Under the pieces are notes generated by a model. That model ran no database searches. It saw nothing but the letters and a program-made list of their open reading frames with translations, and had not been told where the DNA came from. From Calditrichia bacterium (GTDB lineage Bacteria; Calditrichota; Calditrichia; Calditrichales; J004), in the NCBI GenBank assembly GCA_026991535.1, contig JALXBH010000050.1, forward strand, positions 14,380-78,379: DNA of 64,000 bases, given 5' to 3'. Of this stretch, positions 1-9,397 are shown in pieces. How positions within the stretch are numbered: the first letter of the stretch is position 1; each line of letters starts with the position of its first letter. Position numbers and translations under genes: made by a program.

Positions 1-723
1 AAAAAGACGATCCAATCCATCGAAAAAAAACAGCGCCGCATTGAGAAACTTCAACAACAGATGGCGGCGGACCTCAAGGAGAAGCAGCGCAGTCTGCAAC
101 AAAAACGCCTTGAGGAACAGATATTCGCCCAAAAGCGACGGGAGCGCAACACGCTGCTGGCCCAAATCGAAAAGGATTCCCGTTTTTACAAAAGACAGAT
201 TGATCTCAAGGAGAAGGAGCGCAAGCGGCTCTCCGGTCTGATTGCCGCCCTGGAACAAAAGCGTAAGGCCCGCGACATGGAGCGCCGCGAAACCAACGAG
301 CCGCCGCCGATTGATTTTGATGATTTTAAAAAGGGCCGGGGCAAGCTGCCCTGGCCGGTAAGGGGCAAGGTTGTCAGCAATTACGGCAAGGATTACGACC
401 CTAAAACCAAAACCTATGTCACCAATTCCGGCATTGAAATAAGCAGTGCCATCGGCACGCCGGTAAAATGCGTCTTTACCGGCGTGGTCAGTCTGATCAC
501 CTATATGTCCGGTTACGGCAATACCATCATCATCGACCACGGTCACGGTTATTACACCGTCTACTCCCATCTGGGTGAAATCTATGTGCAAAAGGGAGAT
601 GTGGTGGATGGTAACCAGATCATCGCCCTGATCGGCGACTCCGGTTCCCTGGCCGGTTCCAAGCTGCATTTTGAAATTTACGCCGGCAACAAGGCCAGCA
701 ACCCCCGCCTGTGGCTGCGTTAA
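1..723 (+). CDS. M23 family metallopeptidase (EnvC-like coiled-coil N-terminus), 5' end outside the window
   Basis: Frame 1 is open from base 1. The N-terminal part is charged and coiled-coil-like (QQKRLEEQ, KEKERKR). The C-terminal part carries M23 LytM motifs (IIIDHGHGYYTVYSHL, GDSGS, LHFEI). Confidence 0.85.
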   Translation, partial: KKTIQSIEKKQRRIEKLQQQMAADLKEKQRSLQQKRLEEQIFAQKRRERNTLLAQIEKDSRFYKRQIDLKEKERKRLSGLIAALEQKRKARDMERRETNEPPPIDFDDFKKGRGKLPWPVRGKVVSNYGKDYDPKTKTYVTNSGIEISSAIGTPVKCVFTGVVSLITYMSGYGNTIIIDHGHGYYTVYSHLGEIYVQKGDVVDGNQIIALIGDSGSLAGSKLHFEIYAGNKASNPRLWLR

Positions 724-900
724 GGCCTTAGTTCTTTTTTCCTTCGATAAATATAACACAGACCGTTAAAGCCTTGTCCCCCATTATATATCAGAATATA
801 AAACCGTTAATGTGAGGGGTAAATGCCTTGAAAAAGGCAGTCTTAGGCATTATCTTGCTTTTTCAATGTTCTTTTCTTTTCGTTATAATTTTGGAGTGAT

Positions 901-1677
901 ATGATGGCCAAAATAAAAAAATTCTCTTTAGCTCTGTTTCTCTTTCTTCTGTCATGTACGTCCGGTACCGGTCCGGATCTGTACGCTCCCCCGGATATGG
1001 AGCTGATTGTCAATGTGCCCTGGAACCTGACGGAGATAAAACCGGCCCCGGCCAATGTTTCCCTCGATGATATGCGGCCCTTTGCGCTTTACTTTGGTTC
1101 CGATACACTGCTGTTTGCCCATAACGGCTGCAACACTTTTTTCGGCCCCTTCACCATTGAGGGGGACAGTTTGAAGCTGCGGGGTTTCGGCTCCACATTG
1201 ATAGGATGTCCGTCCCATGATTTCTTTGACACCAATGCCCTGTTGAAAACCTCGAAAATAACAATACATAACGGCAATCTGGAAATGAGCCATGACGACA
1301 CCACCTTGATATTTACCTCCAAATTTTATACTCCCTTGCCGGAAACGGCCGTTTTGAATAAAACGATGATCCTCGTTTCATCCAACGACCCCCAAATGGC
1401 TTACTATGATTCCATTCAGTCTTATCCAACACTGCGTCTTAATGAAAACCGCACTTTTACCATACGCAGGCAAGTCAATACGGAATCCGGGGAATATGTC
1501 TATAAGGCAAACGGCTTGTTTGGCATGAACAAAGAGGGCGACTGGACTTTTGCCTTTTCTCCGCCCTATCTGTTTTTTGAAGGAAACTTGAAGAACGCCG
1601 GTCACTACAGTTTTAAAGACAATATTCTGAAGATAGAAAACCGGGACAAAGGTTATTATTATAATTTTCAACTCTGA
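901..1677 (+). CDS. META-domain (HslJ-like) lipoprotein
   Basis: Signal peptide with lipobox (FLFLLSC). META-like core HNGCNTFFGPFTIEGDSLKLRGFGSTLIGCP. Confidence 0.55.
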   Translation: MMAKIKKFSLALFLFLLSCTSGTGPDLYAPPDMELIVNVPWNLTEIKPAPANVSLDDMRPFALYFGSDTLLFAHNGCNTFFGPFTIEGDSLKLRGFGSTLIGCPSHDFFDTNALLKTSKITIHNGNLEMSHDDTTLIFTSKFYTPLPETAVLNKTMILVSSNDPQMAYYDSIQSYPTLRLNENRTFTIRRQVNTESGEYVYKANGLFGMNKEGDWTFAFSPPYLFFEGNLKNAGHYSFKDNILKIENRDKGYYYNFQL

Positions 1678-1726
1678 CGGATGTGAAGAACCGGTGATTG
1701 TCTCCACTATACAGACTGTTTTTGCG

Positions 1727-1761
1727 TAAAATAAAAATCCCCCGCGGATTGGGCGGGGGAT
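1727..1761 (-). terminator. Rho-independent terminator downstream of glmS
   Basis: Perfect 9-bp GC-rich stem ATCCCCCGC/GCGGGGGAT (1737-1761). On the minus strand it is followed by TTTTTATTTT. Confidence 0.6.
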
Positions 1762-1774
1762 GAAAAAAATCATC

Positions 1775-3601
1775 TTATTCCACGGTAACGCTCTTGGCCA
1801 GATTTCTGGGCTGATCCACATCGCAGCCGCGCATAACGGCCACGTGATAGGAGAGCAGTTGCAGCGGAATCACCGAAAGCAGCGGCGTCAGCGCCTTTAG
1901 CGTTTCCGGCACATAAATCACATGGTCGGCATATTTCTGAATGACGTCATCCCCCTGGGTGGCAATGCAGATGATGCGTCCGCCGCGCGCCTTAACCTCT
2001 TCGATATTGCTGATCACCTTATCATAGATGGCGTCCTTGGTGGCCAGAAAAACTACCGGCATATCCTTGTCGATCAGGGCGATGGGCCCGTGCTTCATCT
2101 CCGCCGCCGGGTAGCCCTCGGCATGGATGTAGGATATCTCCTTCAGCTTCAGCGCCCCTTCCAGAGCCACGGGGAAGTTGAAGCCCCGTCCCAGATAGAG
2201 AAAGTTGCGCTCATCGGTATAACGGCGGGCAAAATCGCGGATATAGTCATTTTGGTGCAGGATTATTTGTACCTTTTCCGGGATGCGCAATAGTTCATCC
2301 ACCATAGCCTTGCCCGTTTCGGAACTCATATTAAGCCTGCGGGCGATCATTAGCGTGATCAGGGTTAACACCGTAACCTGCGAGGTAAAGGCCTTGGTGC
2401 TGGCCACGCCGATCTCCGGACCGGCATGGATATAAACGCCGGCGTCTGTCTCGCGGGCGATGGTGGAGCCCACGGCATTGACCACGCCCAAAACCAGCGC
2501 CCCCTTGCGTTTGCCCTCGCGCAGGGCGGCCAGGGTATCCGCCGTTTCCCCCGACTGGGAGATGGCGATGATCACATCGTCTTCGCCAACGATGGGATTG
2601 CGGTAACGAAACTCGGAGGCATATTCCACCTCCACGGGAATGCGGCAAAACTCCTCGATCAGATACTCGCCCAACAAGGCGGCATGCCACGAGGTGCCGG
2701 AGGCGGTAATGATGATTTTCCTGGCCTTAATCAAGCGGTCGGCCACCGCTTCCAGCCCGCCCAACTTTACGATGCCCTCATCCTTGATGATACGGCCGCG
2801 CATGGCGTCCATGATCGTCTTGGGCTGTTCGTAAATCTCCTTAAGCATAAAGTGATCAAAGCCGCCTTTTTCTATGGATTCCAGCTCTATGGTCACCCGC
2901 TCAACGTTTTTCTTTATCTTTTTGTTTTCGATGGTCTTGGTGGTGACGCCCTTTTTGGAGATAATCGCCATTTCATAGTCATCCAGATAGAAGACATCCC
3001 GCGTGTACTGCACCAACGGGGTCACATCCGAGGCGACAAAATATTCATCCTTACCCACGCCGATAACGATGGGACTGCCCTTGCGGGCCACAAAGATATG
3101 ATCGGGCATATAGGTGCTGACCACGGCAATGCCATAGGTGCCGTCCACTTCGTGCAGGGCCTTGCGTACCGCCGCTTCGAAATCATCGGTATAAAACTCC
3201 TCGATTAAATGCACCAGGATCTCGGTGTCGGTTTCGGATTTAAAGGTGTGTCCCTTGTCTTCCAGCATTTTTTTCAGGCTGGCATAATTTTCGATGATGC
3301 CGTTATGGATTAAAACGATATTACCGCTACCGTCCGTATGAGGGTGGGCGTTGTTTTGATTGGGCTCTCCGTGTGTGGCCCAGCGTGTATGCCCGATACC
3401 CACATTGCCTTTAAGGGGCGTGTTTTCCAGAGCAGCTTCCAGGTTACGTATTTTACCCACTTCCTTAACCATATTGACGCCGGTGCCGTTTTGTACGGCG
3501 ATTCCGGCGGAGTCATAGCCCCGGTATTCCAGGCGTTTCAATCCGCCTATAAGAACATCCACGGCATCCTTATTACCGAGATAGCCTACAATTCCACACA
3601 T
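1775..3601 (-). CDS. glmS: Glutamine--fructose-6-phosphate aminotransferase
   Basis: The protein must begin MCGIVGY so that Cys2 is the Ntn nucleophile. The start was therefore moved from 3634 to the ATG at 3601. Two SIS domains are present, and the C-terminus is KSVTVE. Confidence 0.95.
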   Translation of the reverse strand: MCGIVGYLGNKDAVDVLIGGLKRLEYRGYDSAGIAVQNGTGVNMVKEVGKIRNLEAALENTPLKGNVGIGHTRWATHGEPNQNNAHPHTDGSGNIVLIHNGIIENYASLKKMLEDKGHTFKSETDTEILVHLIEEFYTDDFEAAVRKALHEVDGTYGIAVVSTYMPDHIFVARKGSPIVIGVGKDEYFVASDVTPLVQYTRDVFYLDDYEMAIISKKGVTTKTIENKKIKKNVERVTIELESIEKGGFDHFMLKEIYEQPKTIMDAMRGRIIKDEGIVKLGGLEAVADRLIKARKIIITASGTSWHAALLGEYLIEEFCRIPVEVEYASEFRYRNPIVGEDDVIIAISQSGETADTLAALREGKRKGALVLGVVNAVGSTIARETDAGVYIHAGPEIGVASTKAFTSQVTVLTLITLMIARRLNMSSETGKAMVDELLRIPEKVQIILHQNDYIRDFARRYTDERNFLYLGRGFNFPVALEGALKLKEISYIHAEGYPAAEMKHGPIALIDKDMPVVFLATKDAIYDKVISNIEEVKARGGRIICIATQGDDVIQKYADHVIYVPETLKALTPLLSVIPLQLLSYHVAVMRGCDVDQPRNLAKSVTVE

Positions 3602-3620
3602 AAAATTATTCTCCTTAAAA

Positions 3621-5174
3621 TTATTCCCACTCAATGGTAGCCGGCGGCTTGGAGCTCACATCGTATACCACGCGGTTGATTCCTTTTACTTCGTTTATAA
3701 TGCGGTTGGAAATGCGACCCAGAGCCTCGTAAGGCATGGGAAACCAATCCGCCGTCATGCCGTCGGTGCTGGTAACCGCGCGCAGGCCGATAACCGACTC
3801 ATAAGTGCGCTCATCACCCATCACGCCCACGGTGTTTACCGGCAGGAAAACGGCAAAGGCCTGCCAGATTTTATCATACAATCCAAAGTTATGCAGTTCC
3901 TGCATATAAATATCGTCCGCTAATTGCAAAAGGTGAATGCGTTCTTTTGTAATTTCACCCAAAATACGCACCGCCAGTCCCGGCCCGGGAAACGGATGCC
4001 GGCCGATAAGATTTTGCGGCAGACCCAGGGCCCGGCCCACGGCCCGTACTTCATCCTTAAACAGCTCGCGCAGGGGTTCCAAAAGCTTAAAACCCATCTT
4101 TTCCGGCAGGCCGCCCACATTATGGTGCGACTTTATGGTGGCCGACGGCCCCTTAAATGAGACGCTCTCTATCACGTCGGGATAGAGGGTGCCCTGGGCC
4201 AAAAAGGTGAAGTCTCCCAATCTTCGGGACTCTTTCTCAAAGACATTAATAAATTCATGGCCGATAATCTTGCGTTTTTTCTCCGGGTCGCTTACGCCTT
4301 CCAGGGCTTTGTAAAACTGTTCGCTGCTGTCCACCGTGGTCAGCTTTATTTTGTAGGCGTCACGGAACATCTTTTCCACCTGCACCGCTTCGTCGAGGCG
4401 CAACAGGCCGGTATCGATGAACATGCAATGTAACTGATCGCCGATGGCTCTGTGAATGAGCACGGCGGCCACGCTGGAGTCCACCCCGCCGCTCAGTCCC
4501 AGCAGTACCCGCGCGTCGCCCACGGTTTCGCGGATCTGGCGGATACTCTCTTCGATAAAGGATTCGGGCGACCAGTCTCCGCGGCAGCCGCACACCTCAA
4601 AAAGGAAGTTCTCCACCATTTTCCGGCCAAAAGCGCTGTGGGCCACCTCCGGATGAAACTGCAGGCCGAAAATGGCTTTTTCCCGGTGTTGTATGGCGGC
4701 AAAGGGTGAGTTGCCGGTGGTGGCGATGGCCTTAAAATCGTCCGGTAGTTGCAGCACCTTGTCTCCATGGCTCATCCAGACGGTGCTTTCCTCCGGTATG
4801 TTTTTAAAAAGGGGAGAATCCTCTTTCACAAACAGTTCGGCGCGACCGTATTCCTTTTTGGAAGAGGCTTCCACCTTGCCGCCCAACAGGTGGGTGGTCA
4901 GTTGCAGGCCGTAACAGATGCCCAAAACGGGAACACCGCTGTCATAAATTTCCCTGGAAATAAGCGGGGCCCGCGGGTCGTTAACGGAAAAAGGGCTGCC
5001 GGAGAGGATGATACCCTTTAGCAGGGGCGGGCGGTTATCTTTCCAGTTGTAATTGTAGGGATGAATTTCGCAAAAGACGCCGCTTTCACGCACCCGGCGG
5101 GCAATAAGCTGGGTATATTGCGATCCGAAATCCAGAATAAGTATGGTTTCATGTCCTAGGGCTTTAGTTTCCAC
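3621..5174 (-). CDS. guaA: GMP synthase (glutamine-hydrolysing)
   Basis: GATase1 N-terminus ([22 protein letters not shown]), PP-loop SGGVDSS, C-terminal PATIEWE. Confidence 0.95.
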   Translation of the reverse strand: METKALGHETILILDFGSQYTQLIARRVRESGVFCEIHPYNYNWKDNRPPLLKGIILSGSPFSVNDPRAPLISREIYDSGVPVLGICYGLQLTTHLLGGKVEASSKKEYGRAELFVKEDSPLFKNIPEESTVWMSHGDKVLQLPDDFKAIATTGNSPFAAIQHREKAIFGLQFHPEVAHSAFGRKMVENFLFEVCGCRGDWSPESFIEESIRQIRETVGDARVLLGLSGGVDSSVAAVLIHRAIGDQLHCMFIDTGLLRLDEAVQVEKMFRDAYKIKLTTVDSSEQFYKALEGVSDPEKKRKIIGHEFINVFEKESRRLGDFTFLAQGTLYPDVIESVSFKGPSATIKSHHNVGGLPEKMGFKLLEPLRELFKDEVRAVGRALGLPQNLIGRHPFPGPGLAVRILGEITKERIHLLQLADDIYMQELHNFGLYDKIWQAFAVFLPVNTVGVMGDERTYESVIGLRAVTSTDGMTADWFPMPYEALGRISNRIINEVKGINRVVYDVSSKPPATIEWE

Positions 5175-5917
5175 GTGGCAAGTTCCTTTAAGAATTCGTG
5201 ATGGGTTAGATCATATTGAATGGGGGTGACAGATACCTTGTTGTGCATCACAATAACGTCGTCCACATCGTCGGCGCTGTCCAGAATCATCCGCTTACCG
5301 GCCATCCAGTAATAGGGGCGGTTTTGCGGATCGAAGCGTTTGTCAAAGCGTTCTTCATAGCGGCCTTCGCCCTGCCGCGCGGGCAGAACGTCCTCGATCT
5401 CTTCCTCCGCCAGCGGGGGCACGTTTACGTTAAGCAGGGTGCGCGGCGGCAGTCCCTTTTCCAGCACCAGCCGCGTCAGGTGGCGGGCCACCTTGGCCGC
5501 GTAGCCAAAGTTCTTTTTTTCAAAGCTGACCAGGGAAACGGCAATGGCCGGTATGCCCAGGATAACGCCCTCGGCCGCGGCGGAGACCGTGCCGGAATAG
5601 ATGACATTGGTGGCCGTGTTGGAACCCTGGTTGATGCCGCTGACGATGATGTCGGGCGGCTCTTCCATCAGACACTTCACGGCGATTTTTACGCAGTCGG
5701 CCGGCGTGCCGCTGACGGCATGGCCGAAGAAAACACTGTCCCGCTCGATTTCCACCACCCGCAGGGGATCGTAAACGGTGATGGCGTGACCGATGGCGCT
5801 GCGTTCGGCCAGCGGCGCCACCACGGTAACCTCTCCCACGGACCTGAGTGCCCCGGCCAATGCTTTGATGCCCGGGGCGTAAATACCGTCGTCATTGACA
5901 ACCAAAATAGATGGCAT
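5156..5917 (-). CDS. surE: 5'/3'-nucleotidase SurE
   Basis: N-terminal [14 protein letters not shown] and GINQGSN motifs. Overlaps the guaA start, consistent with one operon. Confidence 0.9.
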   Translation of the reverse strand: MPSILVVNDDGIYAPGIKALAGALRSVGEVTVVAPLAERSAIGHAITVYDPLRVVEIERDSVFFGHAVSGTPADCVKIAVKCLMEEPPDIIVSGINQGSNTATNVIYSGTVSAAAEGVILGIPAIAVSLVSFEKKNFGYAAKVARHLTRLVLEKGLPPRTLLNVNVPPLAEEEIEDVLPARQGEGRYEERFDKRFDPQNRPYYWMAGKRMILDSADDVDDVIVMHNKVSVTPIQYDLTHHEFLKELATWKLKP

Positions 5918-6043
5918 GCTTTTTCCTTGTTTAAATGGTATTTTGGGAAACGTTCATGGGATATAACCCTTTTCGGTCTGTTAGCGCGGAGGGCTTAGTG
6001 AAAAATAATACTCCGGGCGGTTATTTTGCCGGGCCTGTCTTGG

Positions 6044-6799
6044 TCAGGGGACTAAGCCGCCTCCGTTGGCACGGCCTTGCAGTGTCTGGATCTCTTCCGT
6101 GCTATAGTGAATCTCTCCGCTACTCTTATCCACGCGGTAATAGGCCCTGCGCACGGTAATCCGGTCATTCAGGCCCCAATCGCCATATGAGATGATCAAT
6201 TCCGTCAAGGTATGCAGAAAGAAGCTCTCCTCTTCCCGGCACCCGGAGGAAAGCACTTTGTAACTGCCGTTGTTATATTCATTTACAAAAACAAGATATT
6301 CGATAAGCTCCCTGACGCCGCCCACCGTCATCGGGCGTACATTATAGCGGCCGACCACCGCTCCCTTATTAAAGGAATCGTACATGGAGCGATCCAGATA
6401 GCCGCGCTTATGCACGCGGGAAAGAATGACGTCACCGGGGTGCTGTTCCCATACGCGGCGGAATTCAAAATACTTTTCCGTCTCCCGTTCGCTGACCAGC
6501 CTGCGGTAATAGGCGCTGTTGAGCGCGGATTGTTCCGACCAGTAACGGGCCGTATCCCGGCTGTTGGTGGAAAGCTCAATCCAGACCGCTTCCCGTTCAT
6601 TCAGGGCTTTTATGCTGACGGTGTTTTCATAATAAAAACTGCCGCTGTCGGTCTCTTCCGTATAAAAGCCCTCGGGGAATTTATAATCCGAGTAGACCAG
6701 TTTCAGGATTTCATCATCGGAGAACTCGACGGGATGTGTCTCGGTGCAACTCATTAAGACCGGCACAAGCAGGGCGAAGGTAAGCAGGGTGTTTCTCAT
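6044..6799 (-). CDS. Hypothetical lipoprotein
   Basis: 251-aa ORF with a signal peptide and lipobox (VLMSC). I recognised no family motif. Confidence 0.5.
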   Translation of the reverse strand: MRNTLLTFALLVPVLMSCTETHPVEFSDDEILKLVYSDYKFPEGFYTEETDSGSFYYENTVSIKALNEREAVWIELSTNSRDTARYWSEQSALNSAYYRRLVSERETEKYFEFRRVWEQHPGDVILSRVHKRGYLDRSMYDSFNKGAVVGRYNVRPMTVGGVRELIEYLVFVNEYNNGSYKVLSSGCREEESFFLHTLTELIISYGDWGLNDRITVRRAYYRVDKSSGEIHYSTEEIQTLQGRANGGGLVP

Positions 6800-6820
6800 C
6801 GCGCCTTTCTCCGTAAAAGG

Positions 6821-7675
6821 TTATTTAACCGGATTTTTATGTTTGAAAAATTTCAGGGCGTCGCTGATGCGTTGTTTCAGTTCATGGCGGTGTACGATCA
6901 TATCCAAAAAGCCGTGGTCGCGAACAAACTCGCTGCGCTGAAAGCCCTTGGGCAGATCCTGGCCGATGGTTTGCTTTATCACCCGCGGCCCGGCAAAACC
7001 GATCAGGGCCCCCGGCTCGGCGATGTTGATATCACCCAGCATGGCGTAGCTGGCCGTGGTACCGCCGGTGGTGGGGTTGGTCAGCAGGGAGATGTAGGGT
7101 ATGTTGATGCTGGCCAAACGGGCCAGCTTGGCGCTGGTTTTGGCCAACTGCATCAGGCTGAGCACCCCTTCGTGCATGCGCGCCCCGCCGGAAGCGGAGA
7201 GGATGATCAGCGGTTGTTTCTTTTTATAGGCCATGTCGATGGCGCGGCCTATTTTTTCACCCACCACGGAGCCCATGCTGCCGCCCATAAAGCGGAAATC
7301 CATAAAGGCGATCACCACGCTTTGTTTGTTGATTTTTCCCGTGCCGGTAATGACCGCTTCCTTCAGGCCGGTCTTCTTTACCGTGGCCAGGTATTTATCC
7401 TTGTAGCTTTTTACATCCACGAATTCCAGCGGGTCGGCCGAGGCCATGCCGGCATTAAACTCCTTAAAAGTACCCTCATCCAAAAGCAGATCGATATAGA
7501 CGTCGCTGCCGATACGGAAATGGTGATCACAATCGGCGCAGACATAATACTTTTTTTCCAGCTCTTTTTTATAGATGATGGCGCCGCAGCCGTCGCATTT
7601 TACCCACAGGCCGTCGGGCACATCCTTTTTAGGGGCGGCGGAACTTATCTTTTTCTTACGTTTAAACCAATCCAT
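6821..7675 (-). CDS. accD: Acetyl-CoA carboxylase carboxyltransferase beta subunit
   Basis: N-terminal Zn ribbon CDGCG...CADCDHH followed by a carboxyltransferase domain (GGSMGSVVGEK, SGGARMHEG). Confidence 0.9.
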   Translation of the reverse strand: MDWFKRKKKISSAAPKKDVPDGLWVKCDGCGAIIYKKELEKKYYVCADCDHHFRIGSDVYIDLLLDEGTFKEFNAGMASADPLEFVDVKSYKDKYLATVKKTGLKEAVITGTGKINKQSVVIAFMDFRFMGGSMGSVVGEKIGRAIDMAYKKKQPLIILSASGGARMHEGVLSLMQLAKTSAKLARLASINIPYISLLTNPTTGGTTASYAMLGDINIAEPGALIGFAGPRVIKQTIGQDLPKGFQRSEFVRDHGFLDMIVHRHELKQRISDALKFFKHKNPVK

Positions 7676-7682
7676 TTTGACC

Positions 7683-8120
7683 TCACTTTAACTCTTTTTT
7701 CATAACCAGGGCATCCTCGCCGTCCATGTAGTATTTTTTACGCAGATCGATCTGCCGGAAACCGCATGTATGATACAAATTTATAGCCGCGCTGTTGGAG
7801 GCGCGCACTTCCAGAAAGAGCTCTTTGTTTTCCCGAAAGCGTTCAAATATATAATGTAAAAATTTCAAGCCCAAACCTTTTCTGCGAAAACGGGGGTGAA
7901 CGGCAAAATTATTAAGATGTGCTTCGTCTTCAAACAGCCATAAAAAAGCAAAGGCACACAGCCGGCCATCCGTTTCCATTACCAGCGGGCAGCGGAAAAA
8001 ATCGGGGGCCAGCTCGGCGGAAATCATCTCCCGCGTCCAGGCGTCATGAAAAGCGGCCTGTTCTATTTCCATCACGCCGGCCAGGTCTGCGGCCTCCATG
8101 CGGCGGAAGGTAACGCTCAT
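7683..8120 (-). CDS. rimI: Ribosomal-protein-alanine N-acetyltransferase (GNAT)
   Basis: GNAT core (VHPRFRRKGLG). Sits next to tsaB and tsaE with a 4-nt start/stop overlap. Confidence 0.8.
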   Translation of the reverse strand: MSVTFRRMEAADLAGVMEIEQAAFHDAWTREMISAELAPDFFRCPLVMETDGRLCAFAFLWLFEDEAHLNNFAVHPRFRRKGLGLKFLHYIFERFRENKELFLEVRASNSAAINLYHTCGFRQIDLRKKYYMDGEDALVMKKELK

Positions 8121-8791
8121 AAACTGCCGGCAAAAGGATGAATGTACATGGGGTCCAGCGCCTTATCTTCATCCGGGCCGAACAGTTCCAGTTTTCTCTG
8201 GCCAAGGCGGGCGGTCAGCGAGGCGTTGTAGCGCGTGGACTCCAATAACAAAAGGCCCGTATCGCGCCACTCTTTTTTTAATGCCGCATCCAGATTCAGG
8301 TAGGGGGAGAGCGCCAATACCGCGTCGCCGGGTACGTGCCCGCTGATCTTTTCCAGGAGCGAGGTGCGGTGTTCCCGGAGCAGGGGGAAGTCGTCGCGCC
8401 ATTCGATTTCCGCCAGATAGACTTCACCTTTTCGGCTGTGGATAAGGGTAAACAGGGGGCGCTGTGTTACCGGGGCCTGCACGGCCAGCACCTGGTGGTT
8501 GGAAAGGGCCACCATGGGCAGGTTTTTACCGTAGGCGTAACCACGGCCGTAACTGAGTCCGATGCGCAAACCGGTAAAGGAACCGGGCCCGTTGTTCACG
8601 GCCACGGCATGCACCTTTAGCCCGGCATGGGCCGGTTGGCCGGCAATAAAGCTTAGCCCTTCGCCCACCCAGCGCCCCACCAGACTGGTGTGTTGCATGG
8701 GCAGTTCGTTGTTGAACTCCATCAGCGTGCGGCCCTGGTGGTAAAAAGCCACGCTGCATAAGCGGTCGCTGGTTTCAATGGCCAAAATCAT
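8117..8791 (-). CDS. tsaB: tRNA t6A37 biosynthesis protein TsaB
   Basis: N-terminal ILAIETS and GPGSFTGLRIG motifs. Overlaps tsaE and rimI. Confidence 0.8.
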   Translation of the reverse strand: MILAIETSDRLCSVAFYHQGRTLMEFNNELPMQHTSLVGRWVGEGLSFIAGQPAHAGLKVHAVAVNNGPGSFTGLRIGLSYGRGYAYGKNLPMVALSNHQVLAVQAPVTQRPLFTLIHSRKGEVYLAEIEWRDDFPLLREHRTSLLEKISGHVPGDAVLALSPYLNLDAALKKEWRDTGLLLLESTRYNASLTARLGQRKLELFGPDEDKALDPMYIHPFAGSL

Positions 8792-9219
8792 GACGGCTCC
8801 TTACGGCTCAGGGTATAAACACGGTTCCCGTTGTTGCGGCGTTCAATGTGTAAAAGATAGCAGGTCGCCAGCCAGGGCATCAAACGTTCCGGCCATTCGA
8901 TAAAGGCCACAGTCTGTTCGTTGATAAACTCTTCCCAGCCCAGTTCGTCCAGTTCGGCGTCGCTTTCCAGTCGGTAAAGATCCATGTGGATGACGGGATA
9001 ACGACCCTGATAATGCTGAATCAGGGTAAAGGTGGGGCTGGTAACCGCTTCGGCCACCTGCCAATGGCGGCAAATCTGCTGTACCATAAAGGTTTTTCCG
9101 CTGCCCAAATCCCCTTGCAGCAGGATGACGTCGCCGGGTTTAAAGCGTTCCGCCAGGACGGCGGCCAGCTTCACGGCCTGATCCGCATTTTCCGTTTTAT
9201 AGGCGTCGATTGTTTTCAT
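8788..9219 (-). CDS. tsaE: tRNA t6A37 biosynthesis ATPase TsaE
   Basis: P-loop GDLGSGKT, SPTFTL, HMDLYRL motifs. Confidence 0.85.
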   Translation of the reverse strand: MKTIDAYKTENADQAVKLAAVLAERFKPGDVILLQGDLGSGKTFMVQQICRHWQVAEAVTSPTFTLIQHYQGRYPVIHMDLYRLESDAELDELGWEEFINEQTVAFIEWPERLMPWLATCYLLHIERRNNGNRVYTLSRKEPS

Positions 9220-9291
9220 GCCGCTAATTTAGCAAAAAAGAGATATACGGACTATGAAAAAAGAATGCCGGTATAGGGGCGGCGGAAGGGC

Positions 9292-9328
9292 AAAAAAAAT
9301 CCCCCGCCCGCCGGCGCGGAAAGGGGAT
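9292..9328 (-). terminator. Candidate rho-independent terminator downstream of the M6 protease gene
   Basis: GC-rich hairpin ATCCCC...GGGGAT (9299-9328). On the minus strand it is followed by a run of eight T (complement of 9292-9299). Confidence 0.5.
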
Positions 9329-9397
9329 GTGATGATAAGTTGACTTTACAAGGCTATAAGCCGCTTAACGAAAACGGGTTTCGGGATATCTTCGTAC

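Noticed and set aside
2426-3208. Long antisense ORFs opposite real genes (for example 2426-3208, 5216-5998, 6839-7705, 9500-10783, 24922-26139, 48567-49484, 53751-55001, 58871-59947)
   Set aside because: Each lies fully inside a confidently identified gene on the other strand. Their products are Gly/Arg/His/Ala-rich and low-complexity with no motifs. These are typical shadow ORFs.
3602-3620. Possible glmS ribozyme or riboswitch upstream of glmS
   Set aside because: Only 19 nt separate the guaA stop from the glmS start, which leaves no room for a structured RNA. glmS is co-transcribed with surE-guaA.
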